Part shown: positions 55,775-64,000 of the stretch, piece after piece | Numbering within the stretch: the stretch's first letter is position 1 | How the letters are laid out: every line of letters begins with the position of its first letter | Origin: an uncultured Planctomycetia bacterium | GTDB taxonomy: Bacteria > Planctomycetota > UBA8108 > UBA1146 | Assembly (NCBI GenBank): GCA_964412635.1 | Contig: CAYPPQ010000003.1 | Location: 24,491-88,490 of the forward strand | Direction: 5' to 3' | Length of the DNA: 64,000 nucleotides | Made by a program: the position numbers and the translations under genes | The notes under the pieces: generated by a model | Database searches by the model: none | Told to the model about the DNA's origin: nothing | Seen by the model: the letters and a program-made list of their open reading frames with translations, nothing else

Positions 55775-58700
55775 GCCGGATCACCTTCTTCCTGGGGGTT
55801 TTTTCCATCGGCCTGGTGGCGTTCCTGTTCTTCACGGGACAGTTCCAGGGGACTCCTGAGGAGCCTCTGGAGGGGTTCGATCTGGAACCGCTGCTCCCCT
55901 CCGACCAGAACCGTGTGGTCCATCATTCCCACGATTACTCGCTGGGTCGCTGGCGCTATACCCTGCGGGGACGCATCGATCTCAGCTCGGGGGTAGTGCT
56001 TTCCCCCGACACGCTCATCCGTCAGAAGGACCTGCTCGATGTCACCATCGAGATGCCGGTCTACGGAGTCGACCCGGGGGAACCCATCGACTTCATCAAT
56101 TTCGAGGCGGATCGCTTCGTCGGAGATCCGGGGGGGGATGAAGCGCAGGTTGTCGGCAACCTGCGCGCCGTCAGTTCCAGTGGCAAGGAAGAACTGCGCA
56201 CCCAGGATCTTCGTATCCGCTTCATCGACGGCGAGGATGTTCGCATCGATGGTTCCTCACCGGTGCAGGTGAACTGGCCCGAACTGCAACTGTACGGTGC
56301 CTCCGGATTGACCGGCTCTCTCGGATCCGGTTCGGGGCTCAGCAGTTTGCAGTTTTTACCGCCGCTGATCATCCTCAAGAAGGGGACCGCGGACGGCGCG
56401 GCGGGAGCGGCTGCCCAGGTCGGAATCGACGGCACACCGGGACGGCAGATTCGCATCCAGTGCGACGGTCCGATGACGCTGAGTGGTTCACAGGAGGGAG
56501 CGAGATTCGAGGGCGGAGTCTATATCTACGAGTCCGATCCAGAGGATTCCATCGACCCCACCTCGTCCCCTCCAGGGCGTCATATCTACTCTGATTACCT
56601 GGACTTACAGCTCGAATCAGAATCGCGCAGCCTGGTCAAAATCGAATCCAGGGCGGAGAAAAACCCCATCACCATCCACCTCGGTGGAGGGATCCGTGTC
56701 GAGGGGCAACAGCTGCAGTGGGAGAAGCATCAGCAGAATGTCAGGCTCTCCGGCGGCGTGGTGATCCACAGTAATCTGGGCAACTTCGAGGCGGACGAGG
56801 CACTGGTACTGACGACCCAATCGAAGTGCACCATCCGTGGCGATGTGAAGGGTGGAATCCGCGCACCATCGATCTCTCCCGGGAAGGTGTCTGACTCCGA
56901 TGAAGAAGATGTGAACTGGTCGGTGATCGCAGACATCGCCGAACTGGAGTTCCAGTCGGGACAACTCAAGGACCTGGTGGCTCGCGGCAAGCCGGGGCAG
57001 TCGGTACAGATTCGTGAACTGTCCGAGGGTGGTGCGATCATCGATGGAGATCGGATGCACTGGCGGCCGGCGGAGGAGCAGCTGGAGGTCCTCTCCGAGG
57101 AGGGACGTCGAGCCATCTTCACCGCCGGTGAGAACCGCATCGAGGCCAACTCTGCGGCCCTCTCTGTGGGATCGCCGCGTCTGCAGTTTCGGGGCGGAAT
57201 CCGGGCGACCCTGGCTGAACTGCCCGGTGGGTCCCAATCGACCCTTCCTGGGTGGCTTGGCGAGGATTCGACCAGTTCCATCGAGGCGGAGGGATTGGTC
57301 CTGACCTGGGATGCCCAGCAGCGTCTCAAGAAGCTGGAAGCAGAGGCGGGGGAAGAGCCGTTGCGGCTGGTGGTCGACGGGGACGAGCCGATGGAACTGC
57401 TCGGCTCGCGGCTCGAGTGGCGCGGTCTCGACGGCATGGTGAATATCGATGGATCGGGTCGTCAGAGATTGAAGCTGGGAAGCCGCGCCGATCTGCAGGC
57501 GGACCGCTTGCACCTGTCTCTCGTCGAGAGTCAGGCGGTGGGTACCGGTTCGGTGCAGGGAACACTGCGCCGCAGCGCCGCCGATGATGAGGATCCGGGG
57601 GTTGCGGTACGCTGTCACCAGCTGGTGATCTCCCTCGCCGGAGATGAGACTGGCGCGGGCGAGTCGGCAGCGGCTGGAAACTCTGCCGCCGCTGCCCAGG
57701 TGAAACCAGGAGGAGTGGTTGCGGTACGGGCACTGAGTCTCGAGGGGCAGCAGGTGGAGATTGACGACGGCACCATCCTGGCCCGCAGCGAGGAGTTGCT
57801 ATGGGACGCCCTGAATCAACGTTACCGCTTTCAGGGTAAGGGTTTACAGCAGGTCGAGGTGGGTCGTGGAGGGTCCGCTCCGGACCTGATCGAGGCGGAG
57901 ATGATCACCCTCGATCGTATCGAAGAGGTCACGCAACTGGTGGGTAGTGCGCGCATTCGCATGTACCTCGGCAATGCCGGAGCCGCGCCATCGGCGGCAC
58001 CACAGCAGGCCACCGTCGGCGACAAGATGGCGTGGAACCTGACCGCGGAACGCATCGATGCGCGCCTCGATCTATCGCAGGAAAACGACACCTCCTTGTA
58101 TCCGACGAAGTTGATCGACGTGGTCGCTCGCGATGGCGTGCGACTGGTGCAGAAAGAGGGTGGGCTCGAGTTTCGCGGACAGGATTGTCGGTGGGACCAG
58201 GTCCACCAGCGCCTGGTTCTCTCCTCCGAAGATGGTCAGGGTCTGCAGACCTTCGTTCGTGGCGCGGATCCGCGACAGGACGAGGTGGTGGCTCGTGAGG
58301 TGGTAGTGGTTCGATCGACGCCAGCGGAAGAGGGAGCTGGCGAGCGACTCGAGGTGTTGCTGTCGTCGGTTCTGAGTGCCACCGTTCACCTGGAGCCCAC
58401 CGCCGAGGACGAGGTGGGCAAGTTCGACATGAGAGCGGAAGAGTTGCTGCTGGTGCTGAGAGAGCCGCTGGCCGGGGGAACCCTCAGCCCCCACGAGGTG
58501 CTGGCATGGGGGGCGACCGACCTTCGAGGAGGCCCCTACCGGATCCTTGCCGAGCGAGCCCGGGTGCTGGTTCGCAATCGCAGCGTCGAACTGGAGGGTG
58601 GCGAACAGCAACCGGTGCAGGTGCTGCGAGACGGCACCTCCGATCTACCGCCGTCGAGATCGGTGAAGATGACCTGGGGACCGCGCGGATACCGGGTACA

Positions 58701-58794
58701 GAACCTGCCTCGTGGCGGTGGCTGGTCACTGGGAGAGGTCGATTCGGTCCTCGAGCGAATGGACCGCAAGAGTCATCGACCGCGCCAGCGCTGA
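55771..58794 (+). CDS. Giant (1007 aa) membrane-anchored periplasmic protein with repeated OstA/LptA-like beta-jellyroll modules; candidate fused/expanded LptC-LptA
   Basis: TTG start overlapping the kdsC stop (TTGA). N-terminal TM FFLGVFSIGLVAFLFF. Repeated OstA-like modules, each seen as a [DE]G..(L/M).W..........L.G.V signature (e.g. EGQQLQWEKHQQNVRLSGGVVI, DGDRMHWRPAEEQLEVLSEEGRRAIFTAGENRIEAN). Position mirrors E. coli kdsC-lptC-lptA. Confidence 0.45.
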   Translation: MSRITFFLGVFSIGLVAFLFFTGQFQGTPEEPLEGFDLEPLLPSDQNRVVHHSHDYSLGRWRYTLRGRIDLSSGVVLSPDTLIRQKDLLDVTIEMPVYGVDPGEPIDFINFEADRFVGDPGGDEAQVVGNLRAVSSSGKEELRTQDLRIRFIDGEDVRIDGSSPVQVNWPELQLYGASGLTGSLGSGSGLSSLQFLPPLIILKKGTADGAAGAAAQVGIDGTPGRQIRIQCDGPMTLSGSQEGARFEGGVYIYESDPEDSIDPTSSPPGRHIYSDYLDLQLESESRSLVKIESRAEKNPITIHLGGGIRVEGQQLQWEKHQQNVRLSGGVVIHSNLGNFEADEALVLTTQSKCTIRGDVKGGIRAPSISPGKVSDSDEEDVNWSVIADIAELEFQSGQLKDLVARGKPGQSVQIRELSEGGAIIDGDRMHWRPAEEQLEVLSEEGRRAIFTAGENRIEANSAALSVGSPRLQFRGGIRATLAELPGGSQSTLPGWLGEDSTSSIEAEGLVLTWDAQQRLKKLEAEAGEEPLRLVVDGDEPMELLGSRLEWRGLDGMVNIDGSGRQRLKLGSRADLQADRLHLSLVESQAVGTGSVQGTLRRSAADDEDPGVAVRCHQLVISLAGDETGAGESAAAGNSAAAAQVKPGGVVAVRALSLEGQQVEIDDGTILARSEELLWDALNQRYRFQGKGLQQVEVGRGGSAPDLIEAEMITLDRIEEVTQLVGSARIRMYLGNAGAAPSAAPQQATVGDKMAWNLTAERIDARLDLSQENDTSLYPTKLIDVVARDGVRLVQKEGGLEFRGQDCRWDQVHQRLVLSSEDGQGLQTFVRGADPRQDEVVAREVVVVRSTPAEEGAGERLEVLLSSVLSATVHLEPTAEDEVGKFDMRAEELLLVLREPLAGGTLSPHEVLAWGATDLRGGPYRILAERARVLVRNRSVELEGGEQQPVQVLRDGTSDLPPSRSVKMTWGPRGYRVQNLPRGGGWSLGEVDSVLERMDRKSHRPRQR

Positions 58795-58899
58795 CCCCCC
58801 CCTGTCTGCTCCGCGATTCGTCAGCGCATCCGGTGGCAACATCGGGCAGGGGTCGTATCATGTCCCATCGAGATCCTCGACCCTCATGAAAGGGAGCCG

Positions 58900-59526
58900 A
58901 TGAAGAGATGGAAACCACTTCCGCTGCTGCTGCTGATCCTCGGTACCGTTGGTACGGCGGGCTGCTCCAAGGTGGAGAAGAGGATCGATCCCGAGGTCGA
59001 TATCGGTGCGGCCCAGGTGCTGGTGGTGCCGTTCCAGCAGAAGACTCGATCTCCGTCGGTGCTGCGCTGGCACTACGAATCGGAGCTGGGAAACACCATG
59101 GCCAGGGCGATTCGAATGCAGTTGCCCGCCTCCTGTGAAGATGTCCAGCTGGTCTCCGACGAGCGTGTGAGGGATCTGGTGTTCCACACCGATACCGACA
59201 CGGTTCCATGGAGTGAAGTGGGAGCGAAGGTGGGTGCCAGCCATGTCCTGACCGGTCGGGTGGATCTTCTCAGCTTCCGTGATCGGCGCAGCGTGGGGAT
59301 GCTCCAGGGGCACATGCAGGGCTACTGGGAACTGATTCGAGTGTCCGACAACCGATCGATCTGCCGCCGGGAATTCGATATCAGGGTGCCAGAGAACCCG
59401 GAAACCGGGCGTATCTACGTTTCCTTCGAGACCTCCGAGAACGAGGTCCAGGGGGCTCTTGTGGCTCGTTTGGCCCGCCAGGTGTCGACGGTGCTGTGTG
59501 GGGATACCGTCAATCGGATCGATTGA
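58900..59526 (+). CDS. Lipoprotein, hypothetical
   Basis: MKRWKPLPLLLLILGTVGTAGCS lipobox. GGGAG RBS. I recognise no family. Confidence 0.6.
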   Translation: MKRWKPLPLLLLILGTVGTAGCSKVEKRIDPEVDIGAAQVLVVPFQQKTRSPSVLRWHYESELGNTMARAIRMQLPASCEDVQLVSDERVRDLVFHTDTDTVPWSEVGAKVGASHVLTGRVDLLSFRDRRSVGMLQGHMQGYWELIRVSDNRSICRREFDIRVPENPETGRIYVSFETSENEVQGALVARLARQVSTVLCGDTVNRID

Positions 59527-59666
59527 CGCAACTGTTGTCCACCCGGTCGTCTTGCTCCGGGGGTGGTGAAGTGACTACAATCAGGTGAGCCGAGGGAACA
59601 TCCGAGGGGATCGCGATCGACAGCGGAGTCTCGGTCGCAAACTCACGGCTTCGATGGAGGAACACG

Positions 59667-59936
59667 ATGACCTTGAACATGGTTGGATTGAGCCTGGCGA
59701 TCATGCCTGGCCCCTTCGAGATGGGTGTGATCTTGTTGCTGGGGCTGTTGCTCTTCGGCAGTCGATTGCCGGCGGTGATGAGAAACCTGGGCCGGGGAGT
59801 TACCGAGTTCAAGAAGGGGATTCGCAACACCGAGGATGAAGTTCGCAACTCCATCGATCCCCCTGCGCAACCTCCCACCGAACACACCGAGAAACCCCTC
59901 ACCGATTCCGAGGGGAAGCCGCGAGACCCGCAGTGA
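59667..59936 (+). CDS. tatA: Twin-arginine translocase subunit TatA/E
   Basis: TM MGVILLLGLLLFG followed by the amphipathic SRLPAVMRNLGRGVTEFKKGI, characteristic of TatA. GGAGGAA lies 5 nt before ATG 59667; the true start may be an internal Met. Confidence 0.75.
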   Translation: MTLNMVGLSLAIMPGPFEMGVILLLGLLLFGSRLPAVMRNLGRGVTEFKKGIRNTEDEVRNSIDPPAQPPTEHTEKPLTDSEGKPRDPQ

Positions 59937-60022
59937 CCGGGAGAGATCTCTGGGCCGTGTCCGCTACCTACTAAATCCCTTGAAACAGCTCTGAGGGCCA
60001 CTCTACCGCCGTTTTGTGGCGA

Positions 60023-60745
60023 CTATCGGCCTTCTTCGAGGCGCTCCGCCAGGAACTCGGGGAGTCCCGAATTGCGGATTTTTTCCTGCACCTTTTCGAT
60101 GTCATATTCGACCCTGAATCGCTCCACCCGTCCCTCTTCGGGCTGGTAGATGACGAAGCTGGCGGCGGGGTTGCCGTCGCGGGGCTGGCCGACACTTCCG
60201 ACGTTGACGATCCCCTGCAGCCCCTCGTGAAGTTGCACCACCGCATCGGTGTTGTAGCGAATCACATCGCTGAGGAGAAAGGTGACCGGTACGTGGGAGT
60301 GTCCGATGAAGCAGACTGGAGTCTGGAGTTGCTGGAAGGAGAGGTGAGCGTCCCAGGTGGTCTGGATGTAATCGAATAGATCCGGTTGATCGAGGCTGCC
60401 ATGGACCAGGGAGAAGTGCTCCTCCTGGTGTACCAGGGGCCAGTTGCGAAGGATCTCCAGCTGGTCCTCGTCGAGCTGGGAGCGGGTCCACAGCGTTGCC
60501 TGGCGAGCGATGGGATTGAAGTAGTCGAGATCGAGGAGGTCGAGGACTGCGTGTTCATGATTGCCGGCGACGATCACCTCGCAGCGTTCCACCACCATTT
60601 GAAGACAGGCGGCGGGATCGGGACCGTATCCGACCACATCCCCCAGACACAGGATGCGATCGACATCCTGTGCCTCGACCTGCTCGAAGACCGCATCGAG
60701 GGCTTCTTGGTTGCCGTGAATGTCGGAGATGATGGCGATTTTCAC
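60023..60745 (-). CDS. Metallophosphoesterase (YfcE/MJ0936-like)
   Basis: GTG 60745 gives (M)KIAIISDIHGN, followed by LCLGDVVGYGP and VAGNHE. The ORF track's upstream extension to 60913 runs through the repeat region. Confidence 0.7.
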   Translation of the reverse strand: MKIAIISDIHGNQEALDAVFEQVEAQDVDRILCLGDVVGYGPDPAACLQMVVERCEVIVAGNHEHAVLDLLDLDYFNPIARQATLWTRSQLDEDQLEILRNWPLVHQEEHFSLVHGSLDQPDLFDYIQTTWDAHLSFQQLQTPVCFIGHSHVPVTFLLSDVIRYNTDAVVQLHEGLQGIVNVGSVGQPRDGNPAASFVIYQPEEGRVERFRVEYDIEKVQEKIRNSGLPEFLAERLEEGR

Positions 60746-60860
60746 GCTTTTCCCTGTCTCGCAATGGCACGTTGGTTGGTGTCGCTCTCTCGCCATTCTA
60801 GTGACTTCAGGTACCCGGGAACAAGTGGAGAAGCGGTTTCCTGGGCATATTCCGCTTATC

Positions 60861-60995
60861 GGCCCAAATTGTTCCCCGGGGAACATCCGGGGGGGGCGTC
60901 CCCCTGATTCCAATTGTTCCCTGTGGAACCATCGGGAAAGAGGGCGCTACCGGACAACTTGTTTCCCGGGGACCAGGCGGATACTCTCCGGTTTC
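60861..60995. repeat. Three tandem 45-bp repeats each carrying a parS-like palindrome (core TGTTCCCCGGGGAACA), 40-175 bp upstream of parA
   Basis: The three copies share the core caa(T/C)TTGTTCCCnGgGGAaC: copy 1 60861-60905 (core at 60870-60885, a perfect 16-bp palindrome), copy 2 60906-60950 (TTGTTCCCTGTGGAACC) and copy 3 60951-60995 (TTGTTTCCCGGGGACC). Confidence 0.55.
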
Positions 60996-61035
60996 CAGGA
61001 GCCCACGGGCATTTGCAGGGGGAAGGGAAGCGACG

Positions 61036-61821
61036 ATGGCGAGGATCATGGCGGTTGCCAGCCAGAAGGGAGGGGTGGGGAAGACCACCACTGCCGTCAA
61101 TCTGGCCAGTTACTTCGCTCAGGCAGGCCTTTCCAGCCTCCTTGTCGACCTCGATCCCCAGGCCAACGCCACCTCGGGGATCGGTGTGGAGTCCCCCCCC
61201 CACTCGCTGCTCCCGGGTCTGCTGGAGGGTACCCTCCAGTGGCAAGGGGTGGTCAAAGAGACCTGTGTACCGCGGCTGAAGTGTATCCCCAGTACCCTCA
61301 ACCTGGAGGTGCCGGTGGCTTCAGAGCTGGCCCGGGGGGAAGGTGCCAGGAGACTGCGAGAGGCGTGGAAGCAAGCGGAGCCGGGGGAGCTGGACGTGGT
61401 CCTGCTCGACTGTCCCCCATCGCTGGGCCCCCTCACCGACCTGGCACTGCACATCGCCGATTCGGTGCTGGTGCCGGTCCAGTGCGAGTACTTCGCCATG
61501 GAGGGTCTGGCCCAGGTGCTGGAACTGGTGCGCCGGGCGGAGCACTCCATCGACAGGAAGATCCCCCTGGAGGGGTTGGTCCTGACCCTCTTCAGCTCCG
61601 ATGTGGATCTGTGTCATGAGGTGGCAGAAGAGGTGCGTCGCTACTTCCCTGACGAGACGATGGAGACGCCGATTCTGCGTGATCCAACCCTTGCGGAGGC
61701 GGCCAGTCATGGTCAGCCCATCTGTATCTACGACCCACGCTCCTCGGGAGCGTGGTCCTACATGAACCTCGCGAAGGAGGTCCTCGAGCATGAGTGGACG
61801 GAAACTGGGACGTGGGCTTGA
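61036..61821 (+). CDS. parA: Chromosome partitioning ATPase ParA/Soj
   Basis: Deviant Walker A SQKGGVGKTTTAVNLA, then LLVDLDPQANAT. 261 aa. Confidence 0.9.
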   Translation: MARIMAVASQKGGVGKTTTAVNLASYFAQAGLSSLLVDLDPQANATSGIGVESPPHSLLPGLLEGTLQWQGVVKETCVPRLKCIPSTLNLEVPVASELARGEGARRLREAWKQAEPGELDVVLLDCPPSLGPLTDLALHIADSVLVPVQCEYFAMEGLAQVLELVRRAEHSIDRKIPLEGLVLTLFSSDVDLCHEVAEEVRRYFPDETMETPILRDPTLAEAASHGQPICIYDPRSSGAWSYMNLAKEVLEHEWTETGTWA

Positions 61822-62713
61822 TGCCCTGATCCGGCGTACGGAAGAGATTCCAGCCGAGGTCGAGTCCCCCACCGAAGGCGACGAACAGACCGTTGCGGAT
61901 GGCAGTGTGGTGGTGCAACTGGACCCCACCGTGATCCAGGCCAACGGGCAGCAACCGCGGACCCATTTCGACGATGATGCCATCGACGAGCTGTCCCGAT
62001 CCATCGCAACCGACGGCATCATCCAGCCGCTGGTGGTGAGGGCCACCAAGGACGGCAGTTATGAACTGGTGGCGGGAGAGCGGCGGTTGAGGGCGGCATT
62101 GAAGCTGGGTCTGGGCGAGGTGCCCGTCATCCTGCGTACCATCGATGACCGGCAGATGCTGCCGCTGGCGCTGGCCGAGAATATTCAGAGAGAGGATCTC
62201 AACCCCATCGAACTGGCCAGGGCGTACCGAGCCCTGCAACAGTCCTACGCACTGACCCAGGAGCAGCTGGCGAAGCAGGTCGGAAAGAAGCGCTCGAGCA
62301 TCGCCAACACCCTGCGCTTCCTGGAGCTGGAAGATTCGATCCAGGAGAGTCTGATGGATCGTGTCATCAGCGCAGGTCACGCCAAGTTGTTGCTGTCGGT
62401 GAGCGATGCCAAGGAGCGGAGCCGCTGGCACAACAAGGTGGTGTCTAACAATTGGACGGTCCGTGATCTGGACGAGGCGTTGCGCGGCGGAGAGAGCGGA
62501 ACTCCAGCTTCTGCAAAGCCGAATCGTGGTGGCAAGAAGCCGTCGGGAGCTCACGTCGAGGCGGAGGAGACCCGTCTCGGACTGGCGCTGGGAACCAGGG
62601 TTCAGGTGGTGGAAAGCGGTTCCGGAGGGCGCGGACGCATCGTCGTTGAATTCTACTCCAACGAGGACTACGAGCGGATTTCTCGCATCATCGTCGATGG
62701 ATCGGGCAACTGA
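61790..62713 (+). CDS. parB: Chromosome partitioning protein ParB/Spo0J
   Basis: MSGRKLGRGLDALI. ParB box IQPLVVR and GERRLRAA. HTH region. Overlaps parA by 32 nt. GAAGGAGG RBS. Confidence 0.9.
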   Translation: MSGRKLGRGLDALIRRTEEIPAEVESPTEGDEQTVADGSVVVQLDPTVIQANGQQPRTHFDDDAIDELSRSIATDGIIQPLVVRATKDGSYELVAGERRLRAALKLGLGEVPVILRTIDDRQMLPLALAENIQREDLNPIELARAYRALQQSYALTQEQLAKQVGKKRSSIANTLRFLELEDSIQESLMDRVISAGHAKLLLSVSDAKERSRWHNKVVSNNWTVRDLDEALRGGESGTPASAKPNRGGKKPSGAHVEAEETRLGLALGTRVQVVESGSGGRGRIVVEFYSNEDYERISRIIVDGSGN

Positions 62714-62797
62714 GGCGCAATTCGTGTGGCGCGATGGTGCGCAGGGATGGAATGCTTGGGAAGCCCCTCTCAGCACCCATTCTCGTGGAGGCCTACG

Positions 62798-63574
62798 ATG
62801 ATACTCACCGCCGTTTTGCTCGCCTTGTTGATCCTGATGCTCTGGGGTGTCGGACGATTGAGGGGGGACCTGCTGACCCGCGGTCCCGTCAAGCTGGCAC
62901 TCTTTCCCGGACTCATCTTCGATGCGATGGCCCGGACCCTCTCCTGTCTCGCCACCGCCACGCCGGTGATGGGGATCTCGCCGTGGAAAGATGAAACTCC
63001 GTTCCTGGTCGAGAGCGAATGCTCACTGAAGAGGATCGGGGTTCCCTTGACGACGGTGCTGCGTGTCGGCGTCCTGTTCGTCGCCTTCTCTTCCACCGTC
63101 TTCTATCTGCCAGAGGTGATGTCGGTGGTTCCGGCACCGGGGTCGTTGCAGCAATCCCTCGAATTCAGTTTCAGTGCCTTTGGCGGCAAGTTGTTATCGG
63201 CCCCCGTCGATCTTCTTTCTTCGGGAATTGCGACGTGGGGGATCCTCGCCTGGCTGGGCGCGATGGTCCTGGCAGCAGGGTTGTCAGGGCGTGAGAGCCT
63301 GGCTGCACTGGGACTGGTGGCACTGCTTGCAGGGGCGCTGGAGGGTGCTCACTGGCTCGGTCTTCGTTTCGGGACATTCACCAATGGGTGGTTCCTGAGG
63401 CGCTTCTACGAGGATGAGGCGGGTCGTTCCCTGGTCCTGCTGGTGCTGGTAACGAGCGCGGTCCTGGCGCTGCTGGCGACGATGCATCTGGTGCCGATGC
63501 TGGTCGACAAGATCCGTCCTCGACCGACCCAGGATTACGATGCGGAAGCGGATCAACTGGTCTCGCCATTCTGA
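62798..63574 (+). CDS. Integral membrane protein, hypothetical (~6 TM)
   Basis: ATG 62798 is preceded by GGAG. The hydrophobic profile shows ~6 TM. No family recognised. Confidence 0.5.
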   Translation: MILTAVLLALLILMLWGVGRLRGDLLTRGPVKLALFPGLIFDAMARTLSCLATATPVMGISPWKDETPFLVESECSLKRIGVPLTTVLRVGVLFVAFSSTVFYLPEVMSVVPAPGSLQQSLEFSFSAFGGKLLSAPVDLLSSGIATWGILAWLGAMVLAAGLSGRESLAALGLVALLAGALEGAHWLGLRFGTFTNGWFLRRFYEDEAGRSLVLLVLVTSAVLALLATMHLVPMLVDKIRPRPTQDYDAEADQLVSPF

Positions 63575-63696
63575 TCGGTTGTTGCTGGACCCCTTGCTGA
63601 ATCGCTCCCCTGGCCTATCATTCCTGCTGGCCCCTGCTGTCTCTTCCCGTTGGGGAGAGTCGGGGTCGCTGTGGGAACTGCCTCCAGGAGTCCGCC

Positions 63697-64000
63697 ATGA
63701 TTCGAGTGGTACCGCTGTTTCTGTTGCTCCTCCTCGCCGCTGCTGACCTGCGGGCGCAGTCGGATGGGGATTCGTTGCCCGTCTTCGCCGGCACTGAATC
63801 GATGGAGTTGAGTCTCGACGAGGCGATCCGCCAGGCCCTCGAGCACAACCTCGATCTGAAGGTACAACGCCTCAGCGAAGCGCAAGCCCAGCGAGATCCG
63901 CTCATCGCCGAGGCGGCGTTCGACCCGCTCTTCAGGACCGGATTCACCGTCAGCAAGTCGAGTACCACCTCGACCAGCATCATCGAGGGTGGCGAGGTGG
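63697..64000 (+). CDS. TolC-like outer-membrane efflux protein (OEP family), 5' partial, continues beyond the window
   Basis: Signal MIRVVPLFLLLLLAAADLRA. ELSLDEAIRQALEHNLDLKVQRL is typical of the OEP N-terminus. RBS CCAGGAG. Confidence 0.6.
   Translation, partial: MIRVVPLFLLLLLAAADLRAQSDGDSLPVFAGTESMELSLDEAIRQALEHNLDLKVQRLSEAQAQRDPLIAEAAFDPLFRTGFTVSKSSTTSTSIIEGGEV

Noticed and set aside
56617-57618. 333-aa minus-strand ORF
   Set aside because: It lies inside the 1007-aa LptC/A-like gene on the opposite strand and has no RBS or motif.
1-64000. CRISPR arrays, IS elements or transposases, integrases, phage genes, rRNA/tRNA
   Set aside because: No DR-spacer periodicity, no transposase/integrase-like ORFs and no tRNA-like cloverleaf segments were recognisable by eye. 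Absence is not proven without tRNAscan/Infernal.

Overview
This is a high-GC (~60%) bacterial chromosomal segment. Genes are tightly packed, often with 1-4 nt stop/start overlaps, and many starts appear to be TTG or GTG; this is my inference from the ORF track. The gene content suggests a Planctomycetota-like aerobe or facultative organism: two formylglycine-type sulfatases, a DUF1080 protein, a Tat-exported Gfo/Idh/MocA oxidoreductase, Calx-beta/dockerin-like secreted proteins, and a giant LptC/LptA-like protein. Left to right the window holds: (1) a phosphorus-scavenging and polyphosphate module (Tat metallophosphoesterase, phnA, an aldehyde dehydrogenase inferred to be phnY, a histidine-phosphatase lipoprotein, a PFA-DSP-like phosphatase, ppk, ppx); (2) tpx followed by a low-GC ~640 bp gap; (3) a DUF1080/HEAT protein, a large beta-sandwich secreted protein and a ribose-type sugar ABC transporter with an SDR; (4) a lipoprotein gene interrupted by two in-frame TGA codons, a FAD monooxygenase and an aminotransferase; (5) the most unusual feature, a ~10.3 kb seven-gene minus-strand operon. 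It encodes a pentaheme cytochrome c, a 480-aa outer-membrane beta-barrel, a membrane-anchored FNR-like reductase with a 2Fe-2S domain, a tetraheme cytochrome c, a cNMP-binding protein fused to four [4Fe-4S] motifs, a 5-TM membrane protein, and a decaheme cytochrome c. A second pentaheme paralog lies beyond a divergent transporter, and all three large cytochromes carry 'DDLL'-type acidic tandem repeats. I read this as a candidate undescribed porin-cytochrome electron conduit; (6) sulfatases, a hybrid histidine kinase, Gfo/Idh/MocA, galM and rpmB; (7) housekeeping genes (rsmB, fmt, scpA, kdsC, the giant LptC/A-like protein, tatA) and parA-parB preceded by three tandem 45-bp repeats that each contain a parS-like palindrome. 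I found no rRNA, tRNA, CRISPR array, IS element or phage gene.
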